Source: Octopus sinensis (Eukaryota). From it: DNA of 64,000 bases. Positions 48,653 through 62,717 of this stretch are shown here, in pieces; the stretch's first letter is position 1, and each line of letters starts with the position of its first letter. The stretch lies in contig NC_043001.1 in the NCBI RefSeq assembly GCF_006345805.1, forward strand, positions 31,434,001-31,498,000, given 5' to 3'. Position numbers and translations under genes: made by a program. The notes under the pieces were generated by a model that was not told the origin of the DNA, made no database searches, and saw only the letters and a program-made list of their open reading frames with translations.

Positions 48653-51589
48653 ATACATTAAATATAGTTATCATCAACACAAACTGAAGTCTACCTCTAT
48701 TCACTGTAATTATAGAGTAAGGTGGTTGTGCTTGTGTGTTTAACTGTTGATTAAGCTAATTTTTAGAGATAAGTTTTATGTATAAAAATGGCAATATTAG
48801 ATATATATGTAAGTACAGCTGAGAAATAAAAAAGTGTATTTACTATTTTGTATACATGTTTTATGTCTACATGTATAGGTAAAATTCACTCAATTTTTAT
48901 TTTTTCCTTGAGATGTTATAATACCTGAACGTAAATATTTGTGTTTATATCATAGTAAAATGGCTTTTGTTGTCAGTTTGCTTTATTAATGCTTACAGCT
49001 TACCCTGCACTTTGATTTGGAGCACATGCCTTGTGTGTGTGTGTGTATTGATACAAAACACCTACTGAGGAGAAAGTAAACTAAATTTGACTGCAACAGA
49101 AAAATTCTACCAGTATGTCTGTTTAATGACGCTGAAATAACTAACTGGTGGTAAGAACTTCCCTTTTCATATTTCAGTAATATATCAGCATTCATTAAAA
49201 ACAAAAACAAATGAAGAAACCCCATTAAAATGACCATACGTTTCACATAATTTCAGATATGGTTGTTGATATTGACTGTTCATTATCACATCATGCAGAA
49301 GTTATATCAAAATGAATTAGAGAATATCATATTTCTCTCTCTCTCTCTCTCACACTCCCCCACTAACATGACAAACATTAAAAAAAAAAAAAAAATGGAA
49401 TATTAGAGAAAAAAAATGTGCATTTTCTTGGGATTTTTTTCCCCAGATTTTATTTATAATTGCTTATTTAAAAAAAAAAAATCATAACAGTGCAGACATA
49501 TCTGAATTTATAAAACCCAGAGTAGAAATCTGCAAGATGACAGCCAAAAATGAATGTATTGACATCGTGTTTCTTTTTCTCGTTTGGGGGGAAGCGGGGT
49601 TTTTCTTTGCTATTTCGTACCTCTCCCCCCAACTTAGAAAAAAAATTTTTTTTTTCCTTTTTTGTTTTTTTAAATCTTTATTTCAATTTCATTTGATTTT
49701 TCTCCTTTCTCCCTTTATCTATTTGGAAAGAGACCTGGAACATGAGAGATGAACCATCTGTATACAGAGACATTTTTTTTTTTTTTTTCAAAATTACCTT
49801 TCTTCCTCTCTTCTCCAAGTCAAGTTCTAGTAATGTTAAAGAGTAGTTGAGTAGGCATTAAGCTTGTTTCTGTATATTATTATTATTATTATTATTATCA
49901 TCATTATTATTATTATTATTATTATTATTGAATGACTTTTTTCCAATGAATTTTCCTTTAGATTACAATATAAAAAAAAAACAACTAAAAATAACAAGAA
50001 AAAAAAAACAAAAAATAAAAATAAAAAAATTAAACAAAGCAAAACCCAAGAAAATAACCAACAAAAAAAAAGAGAAATTCCCAAAACAAAACAAAAAATA
50101 AACAAGAGTTTCATGAATATTGACAATGCAGTGCCCAAATATATTTTTTGCAAATTTTATTTTTCCTCTTTTTGTGTATTTTTTTTTAAAATCGTACTCT
50201 TTGCAATAGATATTATCTTACAACTTGTTGACACTTTCAGCCCAGAGGAAAGTAAGAAAGGAGCGGGGTGGGGGGAAAGAGTCTCTTAGTGTGGGAGGGT
50301 TGGGGATGGTTGTGTGGTGTTGGTGGATAAGTTTCGAATGTGGTGATTAGAGAAGGAAGAACTGGTTGGTGGGAATATAGAATGGGAGCTAAAAGAAAGT
50401 AAAAAAAAAAAACAAAAAAAAAAATCAAAACAAAAAAAAACCGAAAAAAAAATAATAATCAAAGGATGAAAGAAATAAGAATTCATTCTGTAGCAAAGAG
50501 GTGGTGGGTTGATAATGGGAGATAGGAAGGAGAGGGGGGAAGGGGCATAGATAACAGAGGCCAAAAAGTGGCAGGTCAGATAATTGACCAGCTGTGCATG
50601 TGGTCAGCAAACAACAGAAGACTTAAGCATTATGTAGTGAGAATATTTTTTTTTTCAAGCAGGATAGACCCACAAGACCACATATCTATCCAAAATAATG
50701 ACACAAAATGGATATTTACAATGAATCATGGGATATGTACAGATTTATTCCTAAATTAATGATTTTTTTTTTCATTTTAAATCATCATCATCATCATTAT
50801 TATTATTAATATTATCATTATTATCATTATTATTATTATTATTATTATCATCATTATCATCATAATTATTTTTCTTTTCAATATGTTAATTATTTGGCAT
50901 TAAGTTTGTGTGATCACTGTTGGTTGAGGGAGGGAAAATGTTCAGTCACCACATTTCCATCCTCTTAGTCTGTACCTATGCCTTACACCTCACTGTGTCC
51001 TGGGTTACAAGTTTCCATTCATCATTATAACCATCATCATTGATTATTGTTACATTAATATCCATAATATCCAATCTATATAAAATAACATTACTGCTCG
51101 TTTACTTATTTTGAACTTATCTCAAAAGTTAATTCAAATAAACCTATTTAATTTTTTTTGTCCTATTTTCTATACTAATCTCTCTTTCCTTTGCACTCTC
51201 TCCTTAAAACGCACTCTCTTGCAATTACTGTTTGAGAATATTGTTTAGGGATAGATTATCAGGGGGAAATGAAGATCTTAATAAAGATTAAGTGGGAAAG
51301 AAATAGGAAAAGTCCCAGTTACTATTGACTAGTGGAACTTCATCAGCTAACGTAAGCAATCGTTAAAAGATGTGCAGCCAATTTTAGAGTTGAATAAATA
51401 TAGAGATATATTAGAAAGAGAAAGAGATCAATAGGAAATTATACAATTACTGTATTTAGTTAATAAACAAGAGAGAAAAAGAAAGAGAGAGAGGGAGTGA
51501 GAGTGAGAGAGAGAGAAAGAGATAACTTCTGAAATTAAAATCCTTCACATAATCACTATCTCGCAGAATATAAAATGTTAACGGGAATA

Positions 51590-52996
51590 ATTTATGCATA
51601 CATATATGAAATATGTCGCGCGTGTGTGTGTGTGTATGTAGATAGAAACAAATATATGTACATACACACGTGTATACATACATATATTAAACATATAGAT
51701 TACTATATATGCACATATATTGCAAATACATACATACAGATATATATATACATACAAATATATATAAATATACATACTCATGTATATATATACATACACA
51801 TGAATATATATACATATATATAAATATATACATACACATGAAAATATATATATATATAAATATATACATACACATGAATATATATATATATATAAATATA
51901 TACGTACACATGTATATATATATGTATATATATAAATATATACATACACATGTATATATATATATATACATAAACATGTATGTATATATAAATATATACA
52001 TACACATGTATATATATATATAAATATATACATACACATGTGTATGTATATATATATAGCAAATATAAATACATATACATGTGTGTATGTGTTACAATGT
52101 GTCAGAAGATGCTAGTATAAGCGTACAATTGATGAACACCGGATTAATACTCAGAAAGGTCCAAAACTCTTAAAATCCAACTTACTTATTAGGTTAAAAA
52201 TATTGCCACAAAATAAGACTTGGCTCTAAGACCTCTGCACCTGACGAGTGTTATAAAAAGATAAAAGATGGACAACTACATTATATAGCTTAATGTTATA
52301 TAAACATAACAAAAAATATAACTTACAAAAGCAAATATATATATATATATCCTGATATCCTTTACAGCTGTTTCAAATATTCAGTGACAATGTGTATTCT
52401 GCAAACAGGCGAACATACTGGTGCAGTAATACATATCATACAAGGAGAAATAATTAAGAACCCATAAACATGAAATATATATATATATATATATATTGAA
52501 ATTTCTCGTTTATGGTGTTCATAATAATTTCTAATTGTGTGATGTGTATTATTGTACCAATTTGCATTATACACATCATTCATCAACCAATAACTGAATC
52601 TTTGCAACAGACATGAAGTACTATCTAGGTATATATATCTTTTTTACTTTGTTGCTTATATTTTTGAATGTTTATGTAACTTCTTATATAATCATATAAT
52701 GCCATATATGTCTTAGTCCCACTTTTATCTTGATACCTATGTGTATATTATATATATATATATATATATATACTTATATATACATACACACACATATATA
52801 TGTATGTACATGTATGTATACATATATATGTATATATATATATATATATGTAGGTATATATATATATGTAGATATAGGTAAATATATATGTGTGTGTGTA
52901 TATATATATATGTATGTATGTATATATATTTATGTATGTATGTATATATATTTATATATGTATGTATATATTTATGTAGGTATATATATGTATGTA

Positions 52997-53060
<64 letters not shown>

Positions 53061-53765
53061 TTAAATATAATTGGAAGTTTTCACTGAATATTGACGATAG
53101 AAAATAGTCAAATAGTCAAATATTAGTGCTCATGGAAAACAAAATGGGCATTATCACTTGCATTGTTTTCCATGCTTACTAATATTTTCTGTAGGGGATT
53201 TATATGCCCTAATATTAGACCATTTTCTATAGTCAATGTACAGAGAGGACTTATTATTATATTTATAAAATTTTCACCCATCACCGTATATATATATGTA
53301 TGTATACACACACATATATTTACAAATGCATATACAACATGTAATAAATATATATATATATAAAATATATTTGTATATTATATATTTGTAATATAGAGAT
53401 ATAATTAAGCTTATGTATATATGATGACAGTAGTGCCAAGGTAACAAGTTGTTACACAACCACTTGGAATGCATACATTATATGCAATTGAAATATTACT
53501 AATTCACTTTGTCATATCATCATCATCATCATCGTTTAATGTCTGCTTTCCATGCTAGTATGGGTTGGACATATAAATAAATAGCTGTTATAGTTAATCT
53601 GCAACGAAGTAGTGTTTTGTTCTGCGTAGAGATAAGGATGTCTATAGATAAAAATCACATTAATAATAAATAATGTTTGTTATTTTCCTATTTGCTTATA
53701 ATCTTACTCATGCTGTTTCCCGATTTCTACCTATCTATCCTATACATACATGATTATAAGTGTGC

Positions 53766-53814
<49 letters not shown>

Positions 53815-54260
53815 TAATTATATAAATATTCACATAATTATATATATATACACATAATTATATATATATACACATACACACACATGCACACTGGTCACAC
53901 ATACACATATATAAAACAATGTTTATATATAAAAATGTATATAATTATCTCTATATATGTGTTTTTTAACCAGCATGCATGTTTGTGTAGAATTACATGT
54001 GTACACACGCACACAAAATTTTGTATATATATATATATATATATATACATATATACATACATATATACATACATATATACATACATATATATATATATAC
54101 ATACATATACATACATATATACATACATACATATATATATATATACATACATATATACATACATACATATATACATACATACACACACACACATATATAT
54201 ATATACAGACATACATACACATATATATATATATATATATATACATACACACACTTATAG
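51590..54260. repeat. Cluster of compound (TA)/(TACA)/(TG) microsatellites
   Basis: Tracts at ~51590-52090, 52740-53060 and 53770-54260; source of the spurious IYIY ORFs. Confidence 0.95.
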
Positions 54261-54577
54261 CTATCCCTAGTAGAAAGAAATACAAAATGCTAGAACATGT
54301 TCTCTAGTGTTCAAAATAAGGTGAAGTTTAGAATTTATAAAAAATGTCTTAATCTAGCTGTTATCAACTGGAAGCTATAGTTATACATAAGAAGCAGTAA
54401 CGTTTTACATTTATGGCCCCTAAAATTTAAATACCAAATTACTTAACATATAGGGACATTACCTTGAATGTCAGTTTCCACCTGACACACCAGACTGAAT
54501 GCCTGTTTCCCCTCAACGTAGTTGACTGAATGCCAAACTCTTTTTTTTCTTCTTATATATATTAACATCAACGGCTG

Positions 54578-54733
54578 TTCGACCTGCCTGATTGGATGGC
54601 ATCTGTCACTCGACCTGCCTGATTGGATGGCATCTGTCACTCGACCTGCCTGTTTGGATGGCATCTGTCACTCGACCTGCTTGATTGGATGGCATCTGTG
54701 GCAGCTCGACCTGCCTGATTGGATGGCATCTGT
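54578..54733. repeat. Minisatellite, 5 x ~31 bp (ctcgacctgcctgattggatggcatctgtca)
   Basis: Units at 54578, 54609, 54640, 54671 and 54705; degenerate relatives continue to ~54960. Confidence 0.92.
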
Positions 54734-56691
54734 TATATGACATGCTTGGTTGGACGCCAGCTGCAGCCACTCAATTTTCCTGACAAGATGCCAGTCGCAA
54801 CCACTCAACTCACACCAGAGAATGCGTGGTTGCTTTGTGCACCTAATTGAATAACAGTGGCCTTTTAACCCACCACGAAAGATACCGGCATGTGCCCAGC
54901 TCACCTGACTGGAAGGTAGCAGCTGCCCAGCTCATCTGATTGGATGCTGTGGCCACGTGACCCACCTAAACTTTACATTGGTGGCCAACTTGATCCATCT
55001 GAATGCTGGCAACCTCTCAGCTCTTCTGATCGAATGCTTGACACTTTACTTTGTAATATTATGAGATATGAGAGAAACTCAGGGTTTTTGACTTTCAAGA
55101 TGATATATCAACATAGCAGTCAAACCTGTAGAATTCCATTGTAAGCTATTGCTTTGCTGATGATGGTTTTTTTTTTTTTTTTTTGGAAACTATGAATTGG
55201 ATTGTGATGTTCACAGATTATAAAATACCGGTGGCAAGCTTTCCTTGCAGAAGGATACTAGAGGTGATTGGTTGAGGCCTTCTTATCTGGCGTTCCACTT
55301 CTTGATGGGTCACAAGCTGTAATACATTATTGCTACATGCTAAATAAGTTGAGCTGGTACCCTAAGGGAACATGAAGCATATTTCCATGAATACTGACCC
55401 CATCAGAGAATATAATTAATGGAAATTGACATAATAAATTATAGGTTTGATTAAAAGAATTAAAAATGAAAATAAAAAGCAAAACCACAACCAGTCATTT
55501 TCTCCAAAATTAGCTGACAGAGGAGTTTATGATGGAGGAAACAATGTTAAATTTCCTAATTTTTGATTCCTCATCATTCTTAGTTTCATACAGGTTTTAT
55601 CATCATCATTATCATCATCATCATCATCTGGTTGCTGATGAGTCTAATAAAAAAAATAATTATGATATAAAGTTTAAATAAATAAAATCGATTGTTGGAC
55701 TGATGAACATATTACCAAAATGAAAAACTCTTCCCTATCATGTTAATCTTTTGTTCGGTTCTTTTGTCATAAAAAGGCTGTTGCAACTTGGTATGCAAGG
55801 CTTGTAAATAAAGACAACAGCCAGACTAGTGGGGGTGGAGTGGCGATGTCAATGTCATCTGGAGGGTTAAGATTTTGACCAAGGAGACACTTGAGTTAGT
55901 TGACCAGTTCTGTTTCACAACGTTAACTTTTTCAGTGTGAGTACTGCTTGTTTCAAATTGAGATGAGCAGAGAAGGTTTTTGATGTTAGAAATTATGACC
56001 AAGCTGTTTGGATAAATTGCTATGAGGAAGACATGTTGGACAGGTTTGAAAGCACATCCCCCAAAATTGTGCTCATGCATAGTGCGACCATGAAAGACAG
56101 TGATGGCTTAATTGAAATCATTGAAATCCGCTTCCAACAAAGTAGCCACCTTTAACTGCCATAGTCACAACTGTTAGATGGCTTCTTGAAATGAATGACA
56201 TTAGGATACCTGTGAAGAAGATGGTGGTAAACATGAGGTTTGTTGTACATGCAACTGATGGTGATAACCAGATTTCTACAGCACCACCCCTCCACCAGTT
56301 ACAGATATTGCTACAATAAAGAACATACCATCCTCTACTTCAAGCTCTCTCTCCAGCAAATTTTTTTTTTTAATATTTTTGTTTTGTTTTGTTTGTTTGT
56401 TTGTTTGTTCAATGAAGGTTGATAACAGTCTATTAGTTGTACTAAAGGTAGCACTGGGGTGGTTTGATGTAGGATGTTCCTACAAGGTATTATAACACAT
56501 TATCATCACAGTTGATGTCCCACTTGCATACAAATACATACACATGCACACTAATGTGTAGAGTGAGCCAATGAATGATTGACTGATCTGGTGGATGATG
56601 AGAGTGGAAGTGGTCTGAAAGTGACCAGTCCTGCCAGATGTCTGTAAAAGTGGTAGCTGTTGCACTGCAGTTTCAGGACTAACAGGCTCTT

Positions 56692-56911
56692 TTAGCATTC
56701 ACTTGCTAATCTCTGGGAAAGGTGGTCATCAGGTAAACAGAGAAGAAGTTCGAATAACCTCCCACATCTCTGGCAATACGGTGTCCTCCACCGGCCTCCA
56801 TCAGGGGGGGATGCAGACCATGGTGCTGCAGAAGGACAATGATGCTGATACTGGAAATGATGCTGATGAGTCCAATCAGATCTTGCATGTCCACCTAAAA
56901 GGGAAAATTCA
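56692..56911 (-). CDS. Probable terminal exon of the unidentified second gene; reading frame uncertain
   Basis: Long polypyrimidine tract with acceptors at 56912-56914 (CAG) and 56895-56897 (TAG), then non-repetitive GC-richer sequence, then UTR-like DNA. Confidence 0.4.
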
Positions 56912-57311
56912 CTGAAAGAAAAAGAAAAAAGAAAAGAGTGAATGAATTTACAACAATAGCAACAGCAGCAAATATAAAGTTTTGATTCTTCCACCCCATT
57001 AGTTTTACCCGCTGATGATACATTAAATATTAATATTCTTGAGATAAGGATTCACTGATATTCAAATCCATTAAATGATGAAAACAGCACTGACTGGAAG
57101 TCTTAATTCTTATTTTCTTGACCAATAAGGACACCATACAATATTTACATGCTTATTTATAAGTCTTGAATATATATTGAAACCAAACGAAATGTGAATC
57201 AGTCACTATGTGACTGCGAACTCATCTACTAATTGAAAAAAAGTGGAACATAAAAAAATAGTTATGTCCATTACTGCATTAAACATATAAGTAAACTGAC
57301 ACCAATGAAGG

Positions 57312-57608
57312 TACGATCGTGAGGTTGTGAGTTCAATTCTCGGACTGGGCTGCATGTTGTGTTCTTGAGCAAGACACTTTACTTCACATTGCTCCAGTTC
57401 ACTCAGCTGTAGAAATGAGTTGCAACATCACTGATGCCAAGCTGTATTGGCTTTTGCCTTTCCCTTGGATAACATTGGTAGCATAGAGAGGAGAGGCTAG
57501 TATACATAGGTGACTGCTGGTCTTCCATAAATAACCTTGCCTGAACTTGTGCCTCAGAGGGTAACTTTGTAGGTGCAATCTCATGGTCATTCATGACCAA
57601 AGGGGGTC
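57312..57608 (+). mobile_element. SINE family C
   Basis: Reverse complement of 7503-7800. Confidence 0.8.
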
Positions 57609-60603
57609 ACCCCAAACAGACACCACCAATAGTCTCACTATTCATTACTGACAAATTATTATTTTTGGTCAACATTACTTCTAAAATAAACACCTAATAT
57701 CGAAGACAATATTACAAGTTATCAGCAAAATTCAACAATGAATACACAAATGGAATGAAAATTTGATGCAATGGACTTTGTAACAACCATAAAAATTACA
57801 TTATTAGTGAAAGTATAAAAAGTTTAGTAGTGAACTTGCAGGATTATTAAAAATTCTTAGTATCAATATGGTTTTCATTTTGCGTGATACTAAGTTTCAC
57901 ATATACATGCATTGTAATCATAAGCTATTTGCTTAGGCTAGATAACACTAGCAGCAAAAATACTATAATTATAATTATAAATGGGAAAAAAAAAATCTAG
58001 AAAAATTAACTTTTAACATGCACTAAACATATTTCTTGAATGTTATAATTTCTTTCCATTAAAAAGCTCATAATGATAATCTAGACTATACTAAAGTAGT
58101 AATGTTTGGAGAGAATTTTCTGATTGATTTAAACATGTGGCATAGATTGAATGGCATACACAAAAGAATTAGTAGAAATATATATATATATAAAGACGTT
58201 TTCTATACATATATTCACAAAAAGTATTAATACAATGAGGGCAAATAAGCATCCATGAGGTAATAGAAAATTTTAATTGATACAAATGAGGATCGACAAA
58301 GTATTCTTGTCAGTAATAAATGAAAACAATGAAAATAGATGCAAGAGAAAACTGATGAAAATAGATGCAAAAGTTACAATGACACACAAATAGAAACTTG
58401 TTACACTTTATAAATGATAGAGAATCTACTAATTCAAATGTTTAAACACCCTATATGAAGAGAAAAGACAGGTGGACGGGTGGGGTTTACTGTAGGGAGT
58501 AGCTGCCCATCAAAACAATTTATATGGTTTATGATGTAAATGCAAATGGTTGTTTTAATATTTGTCATGAGTAACCTAATATTTGCTGTAAGAATTCAAA
58601 CCAACAAAGTAAAGAAAATTCTCAAAAAAATCTGATATAAAGAAATAACACCGAAAGAAGAAATACCACAAATACACTTGGAAACAGATGTTACTCTTTT
58701 TCCCCTTCTTTATTCCACAAATACAAATTTTGATTGAACATAATCCACTAAAATAGCATTTACAGGCAGGTAACCCTAGTTTGCAAAAAAAAGAATTTTG
58801 AGACCTATAATGAGTGTCAGAATGGAAAAGCAATTTCGCATAAATCCTCAATGTTATATTCTTTAACCAACAGATTGGGACTAATGTTGCTGTATTAGTC
58901 CATTAGTCCCAGTTTGAGTACTAGTGTAGTTAGTAGTTACACAATACAGATACTTTAAAATGTAACATTGAGAAGTCAGTTCAGTGTAACCAGTTATGAA
59001 AGAAATTTAAAATATTTATTCTATACAAATAACTTTTTTTTTATAGTGATAACCTATTAATTACAATTTTGCAAAAAAAAAAAAGCAGATAGGTAAAACA
59101 AGGGATCAACTAAAGTTAACACTTGTGAACAATAGATATATTTATTAAAATGAAAATTAGAAGAAGTTGCTGCCCCTAACACTATAACTACATTTCATAC
59201 TAGCTACATGCTTCATGTAATTTATTTTAAACTTGTTTCACAACCACATGGTTCTGGGTTCAGTTCCTCTGCATGGCACCTTGGGCAAGTGTCTTCAACT
59301 ATAGATTTGGGCTGACCAAAGCCTTTGTGAATGGATTTGGTAGATGGAAACTGAAAGAAACCTGTTGTCTATCTATCTATCTATCTATCTATGTGTGTGT
59401 CTGTTTGTTTATGTCCTAATAACTAAGCAGCTCAGCAAAAGAGACTGATAGAATAAGTACCAGGCTTAAAAAAGGAAAAGTACTGGGGTCAGTTCATTTG
59501 ACAAAAAATCTCTACAACATGGCTGTAGTCTAATGACTGAAACAAGTAAAAGATAAAAGATATACTTAAGGAGAAAGACAAACATCACAGTAACTATCTT
59601 TACCCCACTATATTCTTTGATCTCTTACATATGGTTTCTACCTTATTAATATCAATGTTTGTTTATCTATATCAGTAACACACTTTTTATTGAAATAGAA
59701 GGAATCAACATCAGTGAGAAGAAGGGCAAAGTTGATCCTAGCTGGGTTGAAAACCAGAAAGTAAGTGAAATGAAATAAATCTGGAAAGACATAATTTAAT
59801 ACACTATTGCTTCTGTCACTCTCGACTACCTTTGAGCCACTTATATATCAAAACAAAAAAAGAAGTTATATTCACATGCTGTGAGGCAAAATATCTGATA
59901 CCTAAGACAAAGCCTGTTATCTAAACATTAAGGTTTTTTTTTTACCTTCATGATATTCCAACATACCTCACACTTTTTATTTTTACTGAGTTAAATCCTG
60001 CTAATGAAAACTATCACAATTTTTCTCTAATTCTACTGATTATTTTTATGCATCTATTATTTAATCCTGAAAATTTTCTTCTCATTTCCTGTAAAAGAAT
60101 CTGCCATAATGTGTCTTCGTTATTTGCCTCCAGGTTTTCACTAGCATTTGTAGATTAAGTTCTTTCGCTTTGTCTCCTGAGAAAGATGTTGATAATTGTA
60201 TCATAAAATTGCTTGTTAATTCTCATCTTTCCTGGAAAATATATATAAGCACTTATCATCTAAGCAAACAGTTAAGCCATTTCAGCAATATTCTTTGTGT
60301 AATGGATCTCTCTTCTTGTTTTTACATCTACATTATAATATACTTTCTTCTACGTTAACACAAGGCTTATTTGCTTTAACACATAGTGATCATATAATTG
60401 CAACTGCAATACTCATATCAAGCTTATTTTTAAGGCAAAGAGAAATTTTACAAAATCATAATGAAAATACATTTTCTTTATGCTCAGTTATTATTTGTTT
60501 CTATTTTAGTACTTCATGATAGAAGTTCTAAGGAGTTATCTTCCTTTTAAAGACAGAAAACCTCACTTGATTGTACAATTAATAGCTACATTATAGCTGC
60601 CGT

Positions 60604-60838
60604 AGGGTGGCGAGCTGGCAGAAACGTTAGCACTCTGGGCGAAATGCTTAGCGGTATTTCGTCTGCCGCTATGTCCTGAGTTCAAATTCCGCCAAGGTCG
60701 ACTTTGCCTTTCATCCTTTCGGGATCGATTAAATAAGTACCAGTTACGCACTGGGGTCGATGTAATCGACTTAATCCCTTTGTCTGTCTGCTTGTCCCCT
60801 CTATGTTCAGCCCCCTGTGGGTAATAAAGAAATAATTA
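60604..60838 (+). mobile_element. tRNA-derived SINE family M (Meta-domain-like core)
   Basis: Core 'gactttgcctttcatcctttcggg.tcgat.aaataagtaccag'; other copies at 13695-13907 (-), 30930-31135 (+), 39345-39733 (-, dimeric) and 41650-42020 (-). Confidence 0.8.
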
Positions 60839-61354
60839 TAGCTGTCAATAACAATACAGAAGGGTGCCAAAAACTTTTGTATTCACATATATATATTCCC
60901 TCACTCTATATATTACCTAACCTCTACACAGCTACCATAGTAATGGAGTGTTATTTATTTAGATTTCTATCATTCTCTACAGTGATATTATACTCTTTCT
61001 CGGCTTGTTGCTAAATGAGTAAAGCTGGCTTGAAATGAAAGAAGCCCAAAGTTGATACAACTGATGTTACAGTGGAAAGGCAGTTGTTATCTGAAAACTG
61101 CTGAGAGGGACATCCATTAAGAAACAGACTCTTTTACTGATAAGACTTCCTTTAGGAACTAATAAATGATTTTATGTAAATTATGTATACATAAATCTTC
61201 ACAAAGAGGGCACGTATGTGCGCAGGCAGCTATATGTACATGCCCAAAAGTGTGCGCAGCCTTGCAGGTACACTAACAAGAAGAGAAGTAAGATGTTTGC
61301 TATTAGTTGTTATTAGTAGCATGGATCAAGAAATACACCAGAAATCAGCCTAAC

Positions 61355-61432
61355 CTGAATGTTAACTTGTCCTGGATAGTTGGATGAAGGATTTGTCCCG
61401 CCGGGATACTGACACCGATGACGATGGTGGAG
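61355..61432 (-). CDS. Probable internal exon (78 nt) of an unidentified second gene
   Basis: GC-richer island with ...ccttatAG acceptor and CAG|GTTAGG donor. Two frames are open: STIVIGVSIPAGQILHPTIQDKLTF or LHHRHRCQYPGGTNPSSNYPGQVNIQ. Confidence 0.5.
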
Positions 61433-62490
61433 CTATAAGGGAACAGAAAATAAGCAGAATATTTACAAGAACTGTGAGACGTTTCTAATCAAACAATACA
61501 GCCATTAATTACACAAAGAAATGGCCAAGAGACAAATTCTGATGAAATAATAACTCATTTCCTGTCCAGAGTAAGAGCTGTTAGCAGCTCAATAATTTAT
61601 GAGAAGTTATGATGAATGGTTGTTATACAGCTGCCCAGGTAAATTGTAAAGTGGGGGATGATAAAGAATTAAGCAGGTTTATGTAATTCAGTAACAAAGA
61701 AGCAGTAGTAATTTGTAATGTTAGTTTTTTTTCCATGCAAATTAATTAATCTGGTTTATTCAAGGGAATTTCAGAAGAACTATACCCTTCCCTATTACAT
61801 GACACTCTAGGCTACAATGAACACAAGAAATATTTCCACAAAGACTGATATCATAGAAATATATCCCACATATGTAAGAGAGAAACTAGAAAATAGAAAT
61901 ATAATTCACAGACAAAGTATTTATAGCTATAAAAGCATGACATACACAAAGAAAAGCCCCTTTCTATAGGACATTACCTACTACTTGAGGGAAACACTAA
62001 TAGCAAATTGCTGATATCCTATAACATAGGAATATTTCTTGGAAGTGAGTGATACTAAAACAGGTTGTAATATAATAAGCTTAGACAAAGAGAAAAATGA
62101 AAAACTATGAAACATCAATAAGAAGTCAAACAGTCAAGTAATTTATATTATATCATACTGAACCTATAAGCACAAATTATGCAAGAAAAGAGCAAGTACA
62201 TGTGTGTAACTATTTGACAATCTCTGAATCAAAGGAACCATTTTAAATGTATGCAGCAGGGTAACAAAAAAGAAGAAAAAACTTCAAAATTCTGTAACAA
62301 ATATGCCAATGATTTAGTCCTTTGTTGTAGATGTATAGTCATCTGTTGACTGGAAGAGAGATTGGTATGGAATTCTAAGTAGTTGTCCAAATTGAAAGAA
62401 ATCATGTAATGAATTACAAGACTTTCACAGAATGGCTGATGTAATTTCAAACCTGACATATTTGGAACCAACAACATTGATACATTATGC

Positions 62491-62717
62491 TTAACCCTTT
62501 AGTATTTAAACCGGCCATATCCGGCCAAAATAGTTAATCTGTTTTATGTTCAAACTGACCAGATCCAGGCTCTCATACCTACCCTACAATGTTATTCTAC
62601 ATTAAGTAATTACACCATCAAGATCTTGAAGATATGAGATAATGCATGATTAATTCAAATCAATGGGAATCAATAAGCATTATGTTTGATAGAATAATCT
62701 GAACACTAAAGGGTTAA
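62491..62717. mobile_element. piggyBac-type MITE family P2
   Basis: TTAA-CCCTTTAG ... CTAAAGGG-TTAA; internal sequence matches the 18471 copy. Confidence 0.8.

Larger units (their letters stand above)
49440..56690 (-). other. Possible very long 3' UTR / 3' region of the second gene
   Basis: Nearly devoid of the SINEs that fill the rest of the window; rich in homopolymer, (ATT)n and (TA)n tracts; minus-strand AATAAA near 49449-49454. Confidence 0.35.

Noticed and set aside
51456-54307. Many ORFs rich in I/Y/H/T/C/V
   Set aside because: They are translations of TA/CA/TG microsatellites.
55826-56300. Non-repetitive, moderately GC-rich stretch as a further exon or LINE endonuclease remnant
   Set aside because: No clean splice-bounded open frame and no recognisable motif set.
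56863-56885. CTGATGAGTCC as a hammerhead core (also CTGATGAGTC at ~55635)
   Set aside because: No closing stem II followed by GAAA.
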